Part shown: positions 17,435 to 27,790 of the stretch, one piece after another | Layout: every line of letters starts with the position of its first letter | How positions within the stretch are numbered: position 1 is the stretch's first letter | Assembly: GCA_046756825.1 (NCBI GenBank) | Contig: JBHHXB010000001.1 | Coordinates: 1-33,365 of the forward strand | From: Nitrospiria bacterium | GTDB taxonomy: Bacteria; Nitrospirota; Nitrospiria; SBBL01; JAADHI01 | Length of the DNA: 33,365 bases | Direction of reading: 5' to 3' | The notes under the pieces: generated by a model | What the model was told of the DNA's origin: nothing | Databases searched by the model: none | Seen by the model: only the letters and a program-made list of their open reading frames with translations | Program-made: the position numbers and the translations under genes

Positions 17435-17836
17435 ATGTACACCGTGACCCGTGAAATCAATTTCTGCTACGGACACCGGCTCTTAAACTATCCGGGGAAA
17501 TGCCGTCATTTGCATGGTCATAATGGACGAGTCGAGATTGAAATCTACGCCGAAAAACTGGACGCGCTCGGCATGGTTCGGGATTTTGAAGAAATCAAAG
17601 AGATCGTCGAAAGCTGGATCACCCAACACATTGACCATAAAATGATTTTGTGCAGGAAAGATCCCATCATCCCCGTCTTAAAGACATTGGATGAAGCATA
17701 TATTCTTGTGAATGAAAACCCCACCGCTGAAGTCATCGCGAAAATGATTTACGACTATGCACAAACCCAGGGACTGCCCGTGTCAGAGGTGCGGCTTTGG
17801 GAAAATGACCGTTCCTGCGCGGCTTATCGAAAATAA
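17435..17836 (+). CDS. queD: 6-carboxy-5,6,7,8-tetrahydropterin synthase (6-pyruvoyl-tetrahydropterin synthase family)
   Basis: 133 aa. FCYGHRL and HLHGHN zinc/catalytic motifs typical of QueD/PTPS. Confidence 0.85.
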   Translation: MYTVTREINFCYGHRLLNYPGKCRHLHGHNGRVEIEIYAEKLDALGMVRDFEEIKEIVESWITQHIDHKMILCRKDPIIPVLKTLDEAYILVNENPTAEVIAKMIYDYAQTQGLPVSEVRLWENDRSCAAYRK

Positions 17837-17877
17837 AATCAGATCAGGATCTTTTAATCCGGTCGTGAACTGCCCGG

Positions 17878-18711
17878 CTAAAAGAATGACAGGAGTTGGA
17901 CGAGGGTTTCCCGCATGGCTTTTCGCTCGACGACCATGTCGATCATACCGTGCTCCAGCAGAAACTCCGCCCGTTGAAACCCCTTTGGAAGCTGCGCTTT
18001 GATGGTTTGCTGAATCACACGCGGCCCGGCAAACCCGATCAGGGATTTAGGCTCCGCGATAATAATATCCCCCAGCATTGCAAAACTTGCGGTCACCCCG
18101 CCAAAGGTCGGGTCGGTCAGGATTGAAATAAAGAGCCCTTTTGCCTCTTGCAGCTGTGCAACCGCCGCGGAGGTTTTCGCCATCTGCATGAGAGACAACA
18201 CCCCCTCCTGCATTCTTGCTCCCCCCGAGGCGCAAAAAAGAACAAACGGGATCTTTTCCACTTTGGCGCGTTCAAGCCCCCGCGTTAATTTCTCGCCCAC
18301 AACGGAACCCATACTGCCGGCCATAAAACTGAAATTTAAAATTGCGAGAGCAACCGGACGGCAATTGATTTTCGCCCCGCCAATCACCAGGGCATCGGGA
18401 TAGCCTGTTTTTTCCTGACTCTTATTCAATCGCTCAGGATATTTCATGCTGTCTTTAAAGGCCAGCGGATCTTTGGGGGACAGGGCGGCATCCCATTCCT
18501 GAAACGACCCTTCATCGGCAATCAACCCAATGCGCTCATTCACCGAGATGGGGAAGTGATAATCACACTTCGGGCACACCTTGTCGGAGCGGACCAACTC
18601 CTTGCGGTAAATAATGCCCCGGCAATTGTTGCATTTGACCCAAAGCCCCTCCGGAAATTTCACTTTCCTGGGGTCGGTTAAAAGATGTCGTTCCTTTTTA
18701 AACCAGGGCAT
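17878..18711 (-). CDS. accD: Acetyl-CoA carboxylase carboxyltransferase beta subunit
   Basis: Lies in ORF 17878..18741; ATG 18711 gives MPWFKKE. N-terminal Zn ribbon CNNC...CPKCDYHF, and carboxyltransferase core GGARMQEG. Confidence 0.9.
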   Translation of the reverse strand: MPWFKKERHLLTDPRKVKFPEGLWVKCNNCRGIIYRKELVRSDKVCPKCDYHFPISVNERIGLIADEGSFQEWDAALSPKDPLAFKDSMKYPERLNKSQEKTGYPDALVIGGAKINCRPVALAILNFSFMAGSMGSVVGEKLTRGLERAKVEKIPFVLFCASGGARMQEGVLSLMQMAKTSAAVAQLQEAKGLFISILTDPTFGGVTASFAMLGDIIIAEPKSLIGFAGPRVIQQTIKAQLPKGFQRAEFLLEHGMIDMVVERKAMRETLVQLLSFF

Positions 18712-18771
18712 CCCGCCATCCCTTTCCCAGCGATGATACAAGCAAGAAAAATACTACCATGCCGCGAAACC

Positions 18772-20190
18772 TCAATACCGGTAGTGCTCGGCTTTATACG
18801 GCCCGTCCACGGAAACCCCGATGTATTGGGCCTGTTCCGGACTCAGACGCGTCAATTTCGCGCCAACGTGCTCCAAATGCAAACGGGCCACTTCTTCGTC
18901 CAGCGCCTTCGGCAAACGATAGACATCGGTTTTGTAATCATTTTTCCAAAGCTCAATTTGCGCAAGGGTCTGATTTGTAAAGGAATTGCTCATCACAAAA
19001 GACGGGTGCCCCGTCGCGCAACCCAGGTTCACCAGCCGGCCTTCCGCAAGCAGAATAATCGAATGCCCATCCGGGAAGTGATATTCATCAACCTGCTCTT
19101 TAATATTCACTTTTTGAATGCCGGGGATCTGGTTCAATTTGGAGACCTGGATTTCATTATCGAAATGACCGATATTGCAGACAATGGCCTTGTCGTTCAT
19201 GCGCAGCATGTGCTCCGCGGTAATTACATCGAAATTGCCCGTCGTCGTCACGTAGATGTTTCCCTCGGCCAAGGCATCTTCCATCGTCATGACTTCAAAG
19301 CCTTCCATGGCCGCCTGTAACGCGCAAATGGGGTCGATTTCGGTAATAATGACCCGTGCACCATAGGATTTCATGGAGTGCGCGCAGCCCTTGCCGACAT
19401 CACCGTAGCCCGCAACAACGACCACCTTTCCCGCGATCATAATATCCGTCGCCCGTTTAATGCCATCGGCCAAAGACTCCCGGCACCCGTACAGGTTGTC
19501 GAACTTCGACTTGGTCACGGAGTCATTCACGTTAAATGCGGGAAAGAGGAGTTTTCCCTCCTCCATCATGTGATAGAGCCGATGCACACCCGTCGTTGTC
19601 TCTTCCGACACGCCCTTGATTTCTCCGGCAATCCGACGCCATCGTGCTGGATCTTCTTTGCAGGATCCCTTCAAAGACCGAAACAGCTCCACTTCGTCTT
19701 CGGTCGCGTCCTCTTTATCCAGGATAGAAGGGTCTTCCTCCGCATCCCGCCCGACATGAATCATCATCGTCGCGTCCCCGCCGTCATCGACGATCAACTG
19801 AGGGCCCTTCCCTTCGGGAAACAGCAGGGCTTGTTTTGTACACCACCAATATTCTTCGAGGGTTTCACCCTTCCACGCAAAAACGGGAATACCCAGATCC
19901 GCGATCGCGGCGGCGGCATGATCTTGTGTTGAAAAGATATTACAACTGGCCCACCGGACATTCGCGCCCAAGGCCACCAGCGTCTTGATTAAAACCGCAG
20001 TCTGAATGGTCATGTGCAGGGAGCCGGTAATGCGCGCGCCCGCAAGCGGTTTTTCCGAACCGTATTTTTTTTGCAATGACATGAGGCCCGGCATTTCCGC
20101 CTCAGCAAGGGCAATTTCCTTATGTCCCCACCCGGCTAAAGACATGTCCCTGATTTTATAGTCATTTCCCGTAACAGCCGTATTCGCCAT
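18772..20190 (-). CDS. ahcY: S-adenosyl-L-homocysteine hydrolase
   Basis: 472 aa. N-terminus [30 protein letters not shown]-binding GYGDVGKG and HFDNEI motifs. Confidence 0.97.
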   Translation of the reverse strand: MANTAVTGNDYKIRDMSLAGWGHKEIALAEAEMPGLMSLQKKYGSEKPLAGARITGSLHMTIQTAVLIKTLVALGANVRWASCNIFSTQDHAAAAIADLGIPVFAWKGETLEEYWWCTKQALLFPEGKGPQLIVDDGGDATMMIHVGRDAEEDPSILDKEDATEDEVELFRSLKGSCKEDPARWRRIAGEIKGVSEETTTGVHRLYHMMEEGKLLFPAFNVNDSVTKSKFDNLYGCRESLADGIKRATDIMIAGKVVVVAGYGDVGKGCAHSMKSYGARVIITEIDPICALQAAMEGFEVMTMEDALAEGNIYVTTTGNFDVITAEHMLRMNDKAIVCNIGHFDNEIQVSKLNQIPGIQKVNIKEQVDEYHFPDGHSIILLAEGRLVNLGCATGHPSFVMSNSFTNQTLAQIELWKNDYKTDVYRLPKALDEEVARLHLEHVGAKLTRLSPEQAQYIGVSVDGPYKAEHYRY

Positions 20191-20263
20191 CTTTACCCTC
20201 TTTTATTGGACTGATTCAATCTGATTTATATCCTTTAATCGCGTTCGCACTCAACCCGGTCTA

Positions 20264-21418
20264 TTAAACAATGCCTGCGGCCACCTTCAGTTTTTCCGAT
20301 AGCTCGGTATTCTCCCACGTAAAATCGGGGTCATTTCTTCCAAAATGTCCGTAGGCCGCTGTTTTTTTATAGATCGCTCTTTTGAGTTTCAAATGCTCAA
20401 TGATCCCTCTCGGAGACATCGGGAAAAACTCTCTCACGAGTTTTACAAGTTTTTCCTGTGAGATCTTGCCCGTCCCCTGTGTATCGATCAGGACGGAAAC
20501 CGGATCAACCACCCCGATCGCATAGGCCAGTTGAACCTCGCAGCGATCCGCTAATTCTGCCGCGACGATATTTTTGGCAATATAACGCGCCATGTAAGAT
20601 GCGGAGCGGTCCACCTTGGAAGGGTCTTTTCCTGAAAACGCGCCCCCGCCATGACTGCCCACACCGCCATAGGTATCGACGATGATTTTCCGGCCCGTAA
20701 GCCCCGCGTCTCCCTGAGGCCCGCCGATGACAAATCGACCCGTTGGATTAATGTGATAGATAATGCTTTCCTCGTCAATCATCTCATTCGGAATCACCGG
20801 TTTAATCACTTTTTCAATAATATCTTCCCGAAGCTCCTTCAATGTGATATCCGGGCTGTGCTGTGTCGAAATGACAATGGTCGAAACCCGAACCGGCTTT
20901 CCATCACGATATTCAATCGTGACCTGTGATTTTCCGTCGGGTCTCAAGTAGGGAAGCACATCCTCTTTTCTGACTTGAGCAAGCTGTTTTGTTAATTTAT
21001 GAGCAAAGGTAATCGGCATGGGCATTAATTCCGGGGTTTCATTCGTCGCATAGCCAAACATCAGCCCTTGATCCCCCGCGCCACCGGGATCGACGCCCAT
21101 CGCAATATCCGGGGATTGATTGTGTATTGAGGTCATTACACCGCAGGTTTCATAATCATAGCCGTACTTGGCCCGCGTATAACCAATGCCTTTTATCGTT
21201 TCCCGTACAATATCGGGTATTTCAACATAAACAGAAGTGGTGATTTCTCCTGCGACGAACGCGATCCCCGTGGTCACAAAAGATTCACAGGCCACCCGGC
21301 ACTCGGGGTCGCCCTGAATAATGGCATCCAGCACCGCATCTGAAATCTGATCTGCGATTTTATCGGGATGCCCTTCGGTCACAGATTCCGAAGTAAATAA
21401 AAAATTATCACGGGCCAT
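20264..21418 (-). CDS. metK: S-adenosylmethionine synthetase
   Basis: Lies in ORF 20264..21424. ATG 21418 is preceded by [38 protein letters not shown] and GGGAFSGKD motifs. Confidence 0.97.
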   Translation of the reverse strand: MARDNFLFTSESVTEGHPDKIADQISDAVLDAIIQGDPECRVACESFVTTGIAFVAGEITTSVYVEIPDIVRETIKGIGYTRAKYGYDYETCGVMTSIHNQSPDIAMGVDPGGAGDQGLMFGYATNETPELMPMPITFAHKLTKQLAQVRKEDVLPYLRPDGKSQVTIEYRDGKPVRVSTIVISTQHSPDITLKELREDIIEKVIKPVIPNEMIDEESIIYHINPTGRFVIGGPQGDAGLTGRKIIVDTYGGVGSHGGGAFSGKDPSKVDRSASYMARYIAKNIVAAELADRCEVQLAYAIGVVDPVSVLIDTQGTGKISQEKLVKLVREFFPMSPRGIIEHLKLKRAIYKKTAAYGHFGRNDPDFTWENTELSEKLKVAAGIV

Positions 21419-21473
21419 GCTCACCTCCTAATGTGCGGTGGGTTGAACACTTGCATATCATCTTTGGCTCAAC

Positions 21474-21502
21474 ATTATACCGCTTTATTTGATAAAGTTC
21501 AG
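21474..21502 (-). promoter_or_regulatory. Candidate metK promoter
   Basis: The minus strand has a perfect TATAAT (21479-21474). The -35 at 17-nt spacing is weak (CTGAAC, 21502-21497). Confidence 0.4.
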
Positions 21503-21523
21503 CGTTCCGGGTTTTGATCAGAC

Positions 21524-21571
21524 AAAATAAAAGGGTGGCTGCCCGAATTACAGACAGCCACCCTTTTATTT
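21524..21571. terminator. Bidirectional rho-independent terminator ending the cytochrome operon
   Basis: GGGTGGCTG (21533-21541) pairs with CAGCCACCC (21555-21563) around a 13-nt loop. It is flanked by AAAATAAAA upstream and TTTTATTT downstream, so a U-tract follows the stem on either strand. It lies 19 nt after the stop at 21590. Confidence 0.7.
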
Positions 21572-21589
21572 AGAATTTCGGTTGTTTAC

Positions 21590-23368
21590 TTATCCTTCTT
21601 CTCCTTCACCTTCGTGGTCTTTTTTATACTGAATCGCTGCGGCACGGGCCCAGCTCAACAAACCAATCAGGACAAAAAAGACAACCGGGGGAACAACGTA
21701 AACCGTGGTCGGAATCGGCGGCTCCATCATCAGGTAATAAAATGTGGAAAGCGCCATACGGCCACCAACTTCACCGGCATCGCCATCCCAGGCGAAAAAG
21801 GTCATCGGGATGTTTTTGCCATTCACAAGCTGTGCCGACTTTTCTTTATCCTCGGTCAACAAGGCTCTTTTCATGATGACGCGCCAGCGGCCGTTTTCCC
21901 ATTTGGAATAAACCACTTTGACGTTTTTGTCATCCCGCACCTGAAGGGCATCGATGCCATGGCCTTCAATTTCCTCCACGGTGCCGTCGGACTGCCATTT
22001 CCAGATATCCACGCCGTGTTTTTCGTCGCCATGAATAAAGTAGGGCTTCAAGGGCGGCGCAAGGGTTTCCCAAACCTGCGGAAACTGAACCGCGATCCCG
22101 TCATTGTAGACACCGACGGGCTCCGGGTTCACGTCTTTTAAAGGTCCACGGGCACGGTCATTTTCGTGAGTGTATTGCGTGGTGTTGATCGCCGGAAAGG
22201 CCAACGACGACAGGCGTTTGAAATCATACTTGGCTTCGGCGCTTTCATCACGATGGCTTTCCGTCCGGTCATCCCACTCAAAAAGAATAACCACGTCCTT
22301 GTCGTTATAAAGGGAGCGGACCCGAATATCGTCCACCGTCCGGATAAAGTGACGCGGCGGCTGAATAATCTGGCTCGCCATCCCCACAAACTGAGGTTCC
22401 AGCACATCCCATTTTTCATCCGTCGGCGATTCCGGCAGTCCACCCTCTTCCACGAACTTGGACTTAATGACAAAGCCAATGGCCGGCCGACCTGTTTCAG
22501 GGTCCAACGGCCGTTTGACATCCGTCAGCGACATGACAAAGTTGGCGACGTGCCATCTTTCTTCCTCGCTCAACTCGTCAGCGAAAGACGGCATTGGCGT
22601 TCCATTCAACCCCGTAGAAATCTCTCTAAAAATATTTCTGGGATTATAGGGATCACGCCGGTTCCCTCTTAAATTCCACGGCTTTTGAAGATTCGCCGGA
22701 AAGATCGGGAAGGCCCAGTCATCCCGCTGCGTCAGGTTCCCGTTTCCGCGGCCTTCGACACCGTGACATTCCACACATTTTGCCTTGTTCATAAAAATGT
22801 CACGGCCCTGCTCAATGCTTTCCGGGGACGATGGAATCTGGGTACCGTAACTGATGACGGTAATTTCCTCATCGGGATCATCAAATTCCCGATCCTTCAC
22901 CAGTTCCTTCTTGACAAAGGCCACCACGTCTATCCGTTCCTGCTTGGAGAGAATGGCACCCCACGCCGGCATCACCGAACCGGGAAGCCCGTGGGTCACC
23001 GAGTTAAAAAGATCCTCATCCGTTGGCAACTCTCCGCTTCCCGTATGCCGAATCTTGAAAGTTCCGGCATTAAAGTTTCTGGGCTTGGTCGCCAGGCGAA
23101 TCGCGGAAGGGCCGTCACCCGCGCCATCCGGCCCGTGACACCACACACATTTACGAAAATAGACCCCCTTGCCGGCCTCGATATTACCGCCCAAGGTTCC
23201 CGGTTTGTAGGTACCGGGGGTGGGCTCCAGGGGCGCGGGGGCGACTTTGAAGATCTGCGCCTCTCCGGGGAGAGCAGATGCCAGCACCAAAGCGGCCGCC
23301 GCTCCCAGCCCGATGATTGCCCCTTTCAGGCCCTCAACAGCCTTTCTTTCTCTCTTTTCTTCAATCAT
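21590..23368 (-). CDS. Dihaem c-type cytochrome fused to an EB_dh/NxrC-like (DOMON-type) haem-b domain, with C-terminal TM anchor
   Basis: Lies in ORF 21590..23389, whose listed start is TTG; ATG 23368 follows GGGAG. N-terminal signal/anchor GAIIGLGAAAALVLASALPGEA. Two class-I haem sites, CVWCHGPDGAGDG..GSVMPAW and CVECHGVEGRGNG..GTPMPSF, are CcoP-like. The following ~300 aa carry VDIWKWQSDG, GRWRVIMKRAL and FFAWDGDAGEVGGRMALS, resembling the haem-b gamma-subunit domain of ethylbenzene dehydrogenase/Ser/Clr/Nxr enzymes. Terminal TM VVPPVVFFVLIGLLSWA. The domain call is at motif level only. Confidence 0.75.
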   Translation of the reverse strand: MIEEKRERKAVEGLKGAIIGLGAAAALVLASALPGEAQIFKVAPAPLEPTPGTYKPGTLGGNIEAGKGVYFRKCVWCHGPDGAGDGPSAIRLATKPRNFNAGTFKIRHTGSGELPTDEDLFNSVTHGLPGSVMPAWGAILSKQERIDVVAFVKKELVKDREFDDPDEEITVISYGTQIPSSPESIEQGRDIFMNKAKCVECHGVEGRGNGNLTQRDDWAFPIFPANLQKPWNLRGNRRDPYNPRNIFREISTGLNGTPMPSFADELSEEERWHVANFVMSLTDVKRPLDPETGRPAIGFVIKSKFVEEGGLPESPTDEKWDVLEPQFVGMASQIIQPPRHFIRTVDDIRVRSLYNDKDVVILFEWDDRTESHRDESAEAKYDFKRLSSLAFPAINTTQYTHENDRARGPLKDVNPEPVGVYNDGIAVQFPQVWETLAPPLKPYFIHGDEKHGVDIWKWQSDGTVEEIEGHGIDALQVRDDKNVKVVYSKWENGRWRVIMKRALLTEDKEKSAQLVNGKNIPMTFFAWDGDAGEVGGRMALSTFYYLMMEPPIPTTVYVVPPVVFFVLIGLLSWARAAAIQYKKDHEGEGEEG

Positions 23369-23433
23369 TATATTTATTCTCCCTTTCAAATCACATTCCA
23401 GTCAAATGGACTCGTAAAACGTTCCAAAAGAGA

Positions 23434-24435
23434 TCATCCCCATGTTCTTGGAAAGAATCCTGTATGCCAGTATTCAAAGATGATCACTTTCCAGATTTCG
23501 TTTGTCGTCAGATGCTTTTCCCAGGGCGGCATGGCCGAGGCCCAGGGGAAGGCTTCACGCGACAAATCCGGTCCACCTTTTGACACACGCCAGAACACAA
23601 AGGTCTCCTGTAACTGAGAGATGGTCCCAGGGTCGGCAAAGTTTGCTGGAATGGGGTTAAAGGCAAATGAAAAGGGGCCTTTTCCGTCGAGGTTGTCCCC
23701 ATGGCAGAAGAAGCAACCGGCGGTTCCAAAGAACACAACGCCCCCTTGCTGGACTTGTTGAAGAAACTTGGGCACATCACCTGTCCAGGCATTTCCACCA
23801 AAATATTGGGCTTCATCACCCACCTTCAGGTAGTTCCCGTCATCCCCAATCCGAAATGGATTTTCCGCAGTTTGAAGGTTCAATGTTTTTTTATGAACAT
23901 TGATACTTGCCGGCGGCGCCGGATGCACCGTCCTCAACTCGATCGGCTCTCCGAATTTCGGGAGCATCTGGTTGTAGGTTTGAAAGGCGATCAACCCCGG
24001 CACAATCAGGAAGGTCGCGTAACGCGAAATTTTCGCCGTTCCATGATCTTCCCGCAACATCACCGCAATGGGATGGGAAAATTCCTCCCACGAGGGTCTT
24101 GTAATGGAGCAATAAAGAAAGATCGCCACCGTACAGACTCCCATGTACATCGCCAGCAAGGTGAAAGGAATCGGCGGCCGCAAGATAACACGAAAACCGA
24201 CATAACAAATAATCCACAGCAGGGGCGCCTGGATGAGTTTCGGCAAGGGAATCCCCATTTTGTCCTTAATCAGCCATGCGGACAGAATTGCGAAGGTCAC
24301 AAGACCCACCTCGATCGCGACAAAGGTTCCGGCGTCGAAAGGACCGCCACCACCACCGGCCCAGGCAAACATCGGGACAGCCAGGATCAGTGCCAAGACC
24401 TGCGCAAACAAAGTCTTTGGTTTAAACTTACTCAT
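23434..24435 (-). CDS. Polytopic membrane protein with C-terminal monohaem cytochrome c domain
   Basis: 333 aa, AGGAGG upstream. The N-terminal ~170 aa hold about 4-5 hydrophobic helices. The C-terminal part has CFFCHGDNLDGKG ... SAMPPWEKHLTTNEIWKVIIFEYW, a class-I cytochrome c. Confidence 0.8.
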   Translation of the reverse strand: MSKFKPKTLFAQVLALILAVPMFAWAGGGGGPFDAGTFVAIEVGLVTFAILSAWLIKDKMGIPLPKLIQAPLLWIICYVGFRVILRPPIPFTLLAMYMGVCTVAIFLYCSITRPSWEEFSHPIAVMLREDHGTAKISRYATFLIVPGLIAFQTYNQMLPKFGEPIELRTVHPAPPASINVHKKTLNLQTAENPFRIGDDGNYLKVGDEAQYFGGNAWTGDVPKFLQQVQQGGVVFFGTAGCFFCHGDNLDGKGPFSFAFNPIPANFADPGTISQLQETFVFWRVSKGGPDLSREAFPWASAMPPWEKHLTTNEIWKVIIFEYWHTGFFPRTWG

Positions 24436-24466
24436 AATTACTTTGCCTCCTTTTTCATACGACTGC

Positions 24467-25747
24467 TTAGTTTAAGCCGATAAAGGTTGAATTTTCGATC
24501 CCTCTGTTCGTCGAAACCCGTGCAGACAGACCTCCCTCATCAAACATCGGCTTATTCCCGGCAAACGCCTCACCGGTTTTCGCTTTTGCCTCCGGTTTTT
24601 TAATGGGGCCTTCTTTTTCATTCGGAAGACGATCCATCCCATCGGCGAGAGCTGCGGCCTCATCCTGCGCAATCAAGTGATCCACAAGCACGTCCAGGCC
24701 GGATACCGTGAATTTGTGCTTAAAGTCCTTTATCATGTCATCCGCAAAACCCGGCACAATAAAGGCGCCCGGATCCATGATCGACTCAATGATGTATTCA
24801 CGCGGCGTCGTCGCATGGGCCTTTCCGGCCTTCACCGCCGCCTGATATTCGGGCGACTTGATACGGTTCGGCGCGTTCGTCCCTTCAATTAACAGAGGCC
24901 CTATAGCGCCGGTTTTGGCGACGGAAATACCGGGGATCTTATGACAGGCGTAACAGGTCATTTTCGTCACAATCTCCTCCGGCGATTCAGAACCCAGCGC
25001 CACAGGAGGTCCTGCCGGTTTTTCTTCTTCCACCGGCGCTTCCTCTCCCGCGCCAAGATCCTTACCCCAATAAGCCTCCCAGTCTTCCTTGGCGGTCCAC
25101 TTCGAGGGGTCGTCCCGCATTTGGAGAAAAGAGACAACCGCGACAATCTCCGTATCCACCAGTAGAATGGGCGGTTTGTTAATGATCGGCATCGGGCTGA
25201 CCGTATCGTTCGTTCCCTTCAGGCCAAAGCCTTCCACCACGAAGCAGTTCGGGCAGTACTCCGATTCGATCAAGTACTGTCCGCCCGTTTCGGCGTGAGG
25301 CACAATCCCCGAATCTTTTTCCCCATTTGCATGACGTTTCTTTGACTCCTCGTAGCGAACCTCCTTGATGCGCTCGTGAGAGCGCTGTTCCTCGCTGACC
25401 TGAAGCAATTTCTGAGGCTCCGTTTTCAAGGCAATCAGGTTCGGGCAACGATCCGCCTTCTGCTCCATAAAAAACCGATGACAAAGCGGACACTGCCCCT
25501 TACCGATCGGCCCTTCACCCTTTGCCAGCACGCCCAGCGGATCATGAGAACCGAAAATAATTTTCTCCCCCATTTCCTGCAGCATTTCGGGCGTGACCGC
25601 CGAAACGTCGATGGCTTCAGCCGCCTCCGGGGCGTCCCCTCGAATCTGCGGCAGCCAGTTGGTGTATGCCGCAAAAATCCCTAGAATCGTGCAGTACCAG
25701 AGGGCCACCTTAAGTACAATGCGTCCTGCTCCTTTTTTCTTAGCCAT
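24467..25747 (-). CDS. Membrane-anchored dihaem c-type cytochrome
   Basis: Lies in ORF 24467..25915. ATG 25747 is preceded by GAGGAGAAGG and gives MAKKKGAGRIVLKVALWYCTILGIFAAY (signal anchor). Haem sites CPLCH and CYACHKIPG, plus a CPNC pair. Confidence 0.8.
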   Translation of the reverse strand: MAKKKGAGRIVLKVALWYCTILGIFAAYTNWLPQIRGDAPEAAEAIDVSAVTPEMLQEMGEKIIFGSHDPLGVLAKGEGPIGKGQCPLCHRFFMEQKADRCPNLIALKTEPQKLLQVSEEQRSHERIKEVRYEESKKRHANGEKDSGIVPHAETGGQYLIESEYCPNCFVVEGFGLKGTNDTVSPMPIINKPPILLVDTEIVAVVSFLQMRDDPSKWTAKEDWEAYWGKDLGAGEEAPVEEEKPAGPPVALGSESPEEIVTKMTCYACHKIPGISVAKTGAIGPLLIEGTNAPNRIKSPEYQAAVKAGKAHATTPREYIIESIMDPGAFIVPGFADDMIKDFKHKFTVSGLDVLVDHLIAQDEAAALADGMDRLPNEKEGPIKKPEAKAKTGEAFAGNKPMFDEGGLSARVSTNRGIENSTFIGLN

Positions 25748-25777
25748 ACCTTCTCCTCTGTTCCTTTCTTTGCTACG

Positions 25778-25815
25778 TTGGCCCAAGGGGAGCGGGATTG
25801 CCCCCCCCTGGCCAA
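25778..25815 (-). promoter_or_regulatory. GC-rich stem-loop in the CydA-like / cytochrome c intergenic spacer
   Basis: TTGGCC (25778-83) pairs with GGCCAA (25810-15). Inner G-runs (25787-96) pair with the C8 run (25801-08). No U-tract follows. Confidence 0.3.
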
Positions 25816-25829
25816 TCAAACTCCCGTCA

Positions 25830-27764
25830 TCAGTGACTTCCCGCCGGCACAGCCTTGCCAGCGGCTGCGGCCGCTTCCGCTTCCACCTTCTTCTTGCCCG
25901 CGCCCGCAAGGGCACTCAGCCAGAAAACGAAGAGGAGCATCGTCCAGAACAGAAGCACATTGAGCGAGTTAATATTGCCCGCATAGCCGAGCGGATTTGT
26001 AAACGCCCACGGCGAATTGTCTCTCAGGATCTCATTGACATGCCAGTGAAGACGGACAGAGGAGCGCAGATAGCCCATCACCGCCATTGTCCAGGTAAAG
26101 GCCACGGCCAGCATAAACAGGGCGTAAGCCCCTCTCACAGACATCCTGCCCCAGCGAATTTCGCCGACCTGTTCCGCGCCTTTCAACATCTTCACATTCA
26201 CGGTCACACCGACAAAAAGAACTGTCAAGGTTGAAGCCACCTGGGGCACCGAAAGACCGATCCGGACATTGGCCGGAATAAAGTAGCCATAGACCCCCAG
26301 GAACAGAATATTGGCTTCCGCACCCAGAACCAGGAAGAATAAAAAGATATTCCCCTTCCAGGCCCAAGGCACCTTAAGATTAAGATTGCACCGCTGATAA
26401 ATAATAAAACAAACAACGGTTGTCGTAATCATTGTATTGATCGCTGTGTTTTTCGCCGACATCACCCCGTAGTTTCCGACAACGGGATGCTGCGCACCGC
26501 CCATCGCCTTCAACTCCGCCGGTGTCATCACCAGGGTATGCGGTGTCAACCAGGAGATGGTGGATACAACCAAGACCGCCAGCATGAATTTGAAATACGG
26601 ATAATATCTTTCAGAACCCGGCATACGGCCCATGGCCTGAAAAAGATAGTAGTTCACCGTGATAAACAGGGTCGCAATCATTGTGGCCTGCATAATAAAC
26701 ACCCAGGCCAGCAAACCGCCCATCAGGGTGATCCCCATCTGCTGCCGATATGCGTAAATTTCCCGCATCAGCCAATAACCCGCGAAGGGAAGCGGAATCA
26801 AGGCAAGAATCCCCATAAACATGGCGATGTAACTCATCCAGTCATAGTGCCCTTTTTCCTCAGGGGTCTTGGCTGCAAGAAACTTAAATGCAGAGTAGGC
26901 CGCAACAACACCGCCGCCAAAAGCCGCATTCCCCAAAATACGATGAATCACGATGGGCACCATCAGCGGGTTGTGCATGACCTTCCATATATCCCCCAGA
27001 AAGCGGCCCTGCGCATCCACCCCGGCCGGCGACATCATAAAGCTGACCCAGGTATTCGCCATCACCATCAGCACGATACCAACGGCATTCAACACAGTAC
27101 CCAATGCAAGATGGCTCCATTTCCAGTCGCCGTCGCCATCGTTCATGGCATCCCAGCCATAGTAATAGACGTACAACACGCCGCTCTCCAAAATAAAGAG
27201 CAAGGCGTAAATATGCATCACAGGCCTAAAGATCCCCGATAAATACCGGAAAAAGCCCGGATAAAGGGCAAGAAACGAAAATATTAAGATCCCGCCCAAA
27301 ATGGCCGTCACAGAGTAGGCCGTCAAACTGATCTTCATCATTTCATGGGCCAGATCGTCAAACTTTTTCCCCGCCTTCTGATCTTTCCCAAACTGAATAA
27401 TTCCGATCAGCTCCATAACCCAGACAAACATGGGAACCGCCAAAACAAAGCTTCCAAAATACAAATGCTGCTGATTTGCAATCCAGATAATTGTTCGACT
27501 TTGAAAGTCGCCATAAGAACCATAATCATCCGGATAAACAAGCTCACCCGCGGGAGGGCCGGAAACGATTCCGAACTCGCCCTCTTCCTTGTAAAAAACG
27601 TCTTTCGCTTTTTCTGGTTCTGCTTCTCCTTCCTCCGCCACAGCCGCCTCTTCCTGCGCCATCACAACGGCAGGGGCGAACGGAAGAAGGACGAGCATCC
27701 CAATCATGCTCAGCAGGAGCCACGCTCCGACCTTCTTTTTGCTGTCTCTAAATAGATTTAACAT
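25830..27764 (-). CDS. Cytochrome bd-like oxidase subunit I homologue (CydA-like, paralogue 1)
   Basis: 644 aa, AAGGAGGA upstream. Polytopic. WIANQQHLYFGSFVLAVPMFVWVMELIG matches the first CydA helix with its haem-ligand His. NTWVSFMMSPAGVD matches the CydA W-M-Q-x-P-x-G block, followed by IHRIL. It has an extra N-terminal TM plus an acidic linker. No canonical Q-loop or GRQPW block was seen. Confidence 0.85.
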   Translation of the reverse strand: MLNLFRDSKKKVGAWLLLSMIGMLVLLPFAPAVVMAQEEAAVAEEGEAEPEKAKDVFYKEEGEFGIVSGPPAGELVYPDDYGSYGDFQSRTIIWIANQQHLYFGSFVLAVPMFVWVMELIGIIQFGKDQKAGKKFDDLAHEMMKISLTAYSVTAILGGILIFSFLALYPGFFRYLSGIFRPVMHIYALLFILESGVLYVYYYGWDAMNDGDGDWKWSHLALGTVLNAVGIVLMVMANTWVSFMMSPAGVDAQGRFLGDIWKVMHNPLMVPIVIHRILGNAAFGGGVVAAYSAFKFLAAKTPEEKGHYDWMSYIAMFMGILALIPLPFAGYWLMREIYAYRQQMGITLMGGLLAWVFIMQATMIATLFITVNYYLFQAMGRMPGSERYYPYFKFMLAVLVVSTISWLTPHTLVMTPAELKAMGGAQHPVVGNYGVMSAKNTAINTMITTTVVCFIIYQRCNLNLKVPWAWKGNIFLFFLVLGAEANILFLGVYGYFIPANVRIGLSVPQVASTLTVLFVGVTVNVKMLKGAEQVGEIRWGRMSVRGAYALFMLAVAFTWTMAVMGYLRSSVRLHWHVNEILRDNSPWAFTNPLGYAGNINSLNVLLFWTMLLFVFWLSALAGAGKKKVEAEAAAAAGKAVPAGSH

Positions 27765-27790
27765 TAAGCTTTCCTCCTTAAGGAAGTTTT

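Noticed and set aside
20191-20263. Possible SAH riboswitch upstream of ahcY
   Set aside because: The spacer is 73 nt and AT-rich, without the GC-rich pseudoknot helices of the SAH element. ahcY is more likely co-transcribed with metK.
21425-21523. Possible SAM riboswitch upstream of metK
   Set aside because: With the TATAAT at 21479-21474, the leader is only ~50 nt. That is too short for SAM-I/IV. I could not recognise SAM-II or SAM/SAH pseudoknot consensus by eye. A covariance-model scan would be needed to be certain.
25748-25915. N-terminal 56-codon extension of the dihaem cytochrome ORF (start at 25915)
   Set aside because: It overlaps the 3' end of the CydA-like gene and encodes an Arg-rich non-signal sequence. 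ATG 25747 has a strong SD and gives a signal anchor.
22685-27242. Plus-strand ORFs of 168-310 aa (22685..23617, 23701..24483, 25593..26234, 26487..27242 and others) across the cytochrome operon
   Set aside because: All are antisense to genes with strong functional motifs (CxxCH, CydA blocks). Their translations are low-complexity and Arg/His/Pro-rich. They show no start context.
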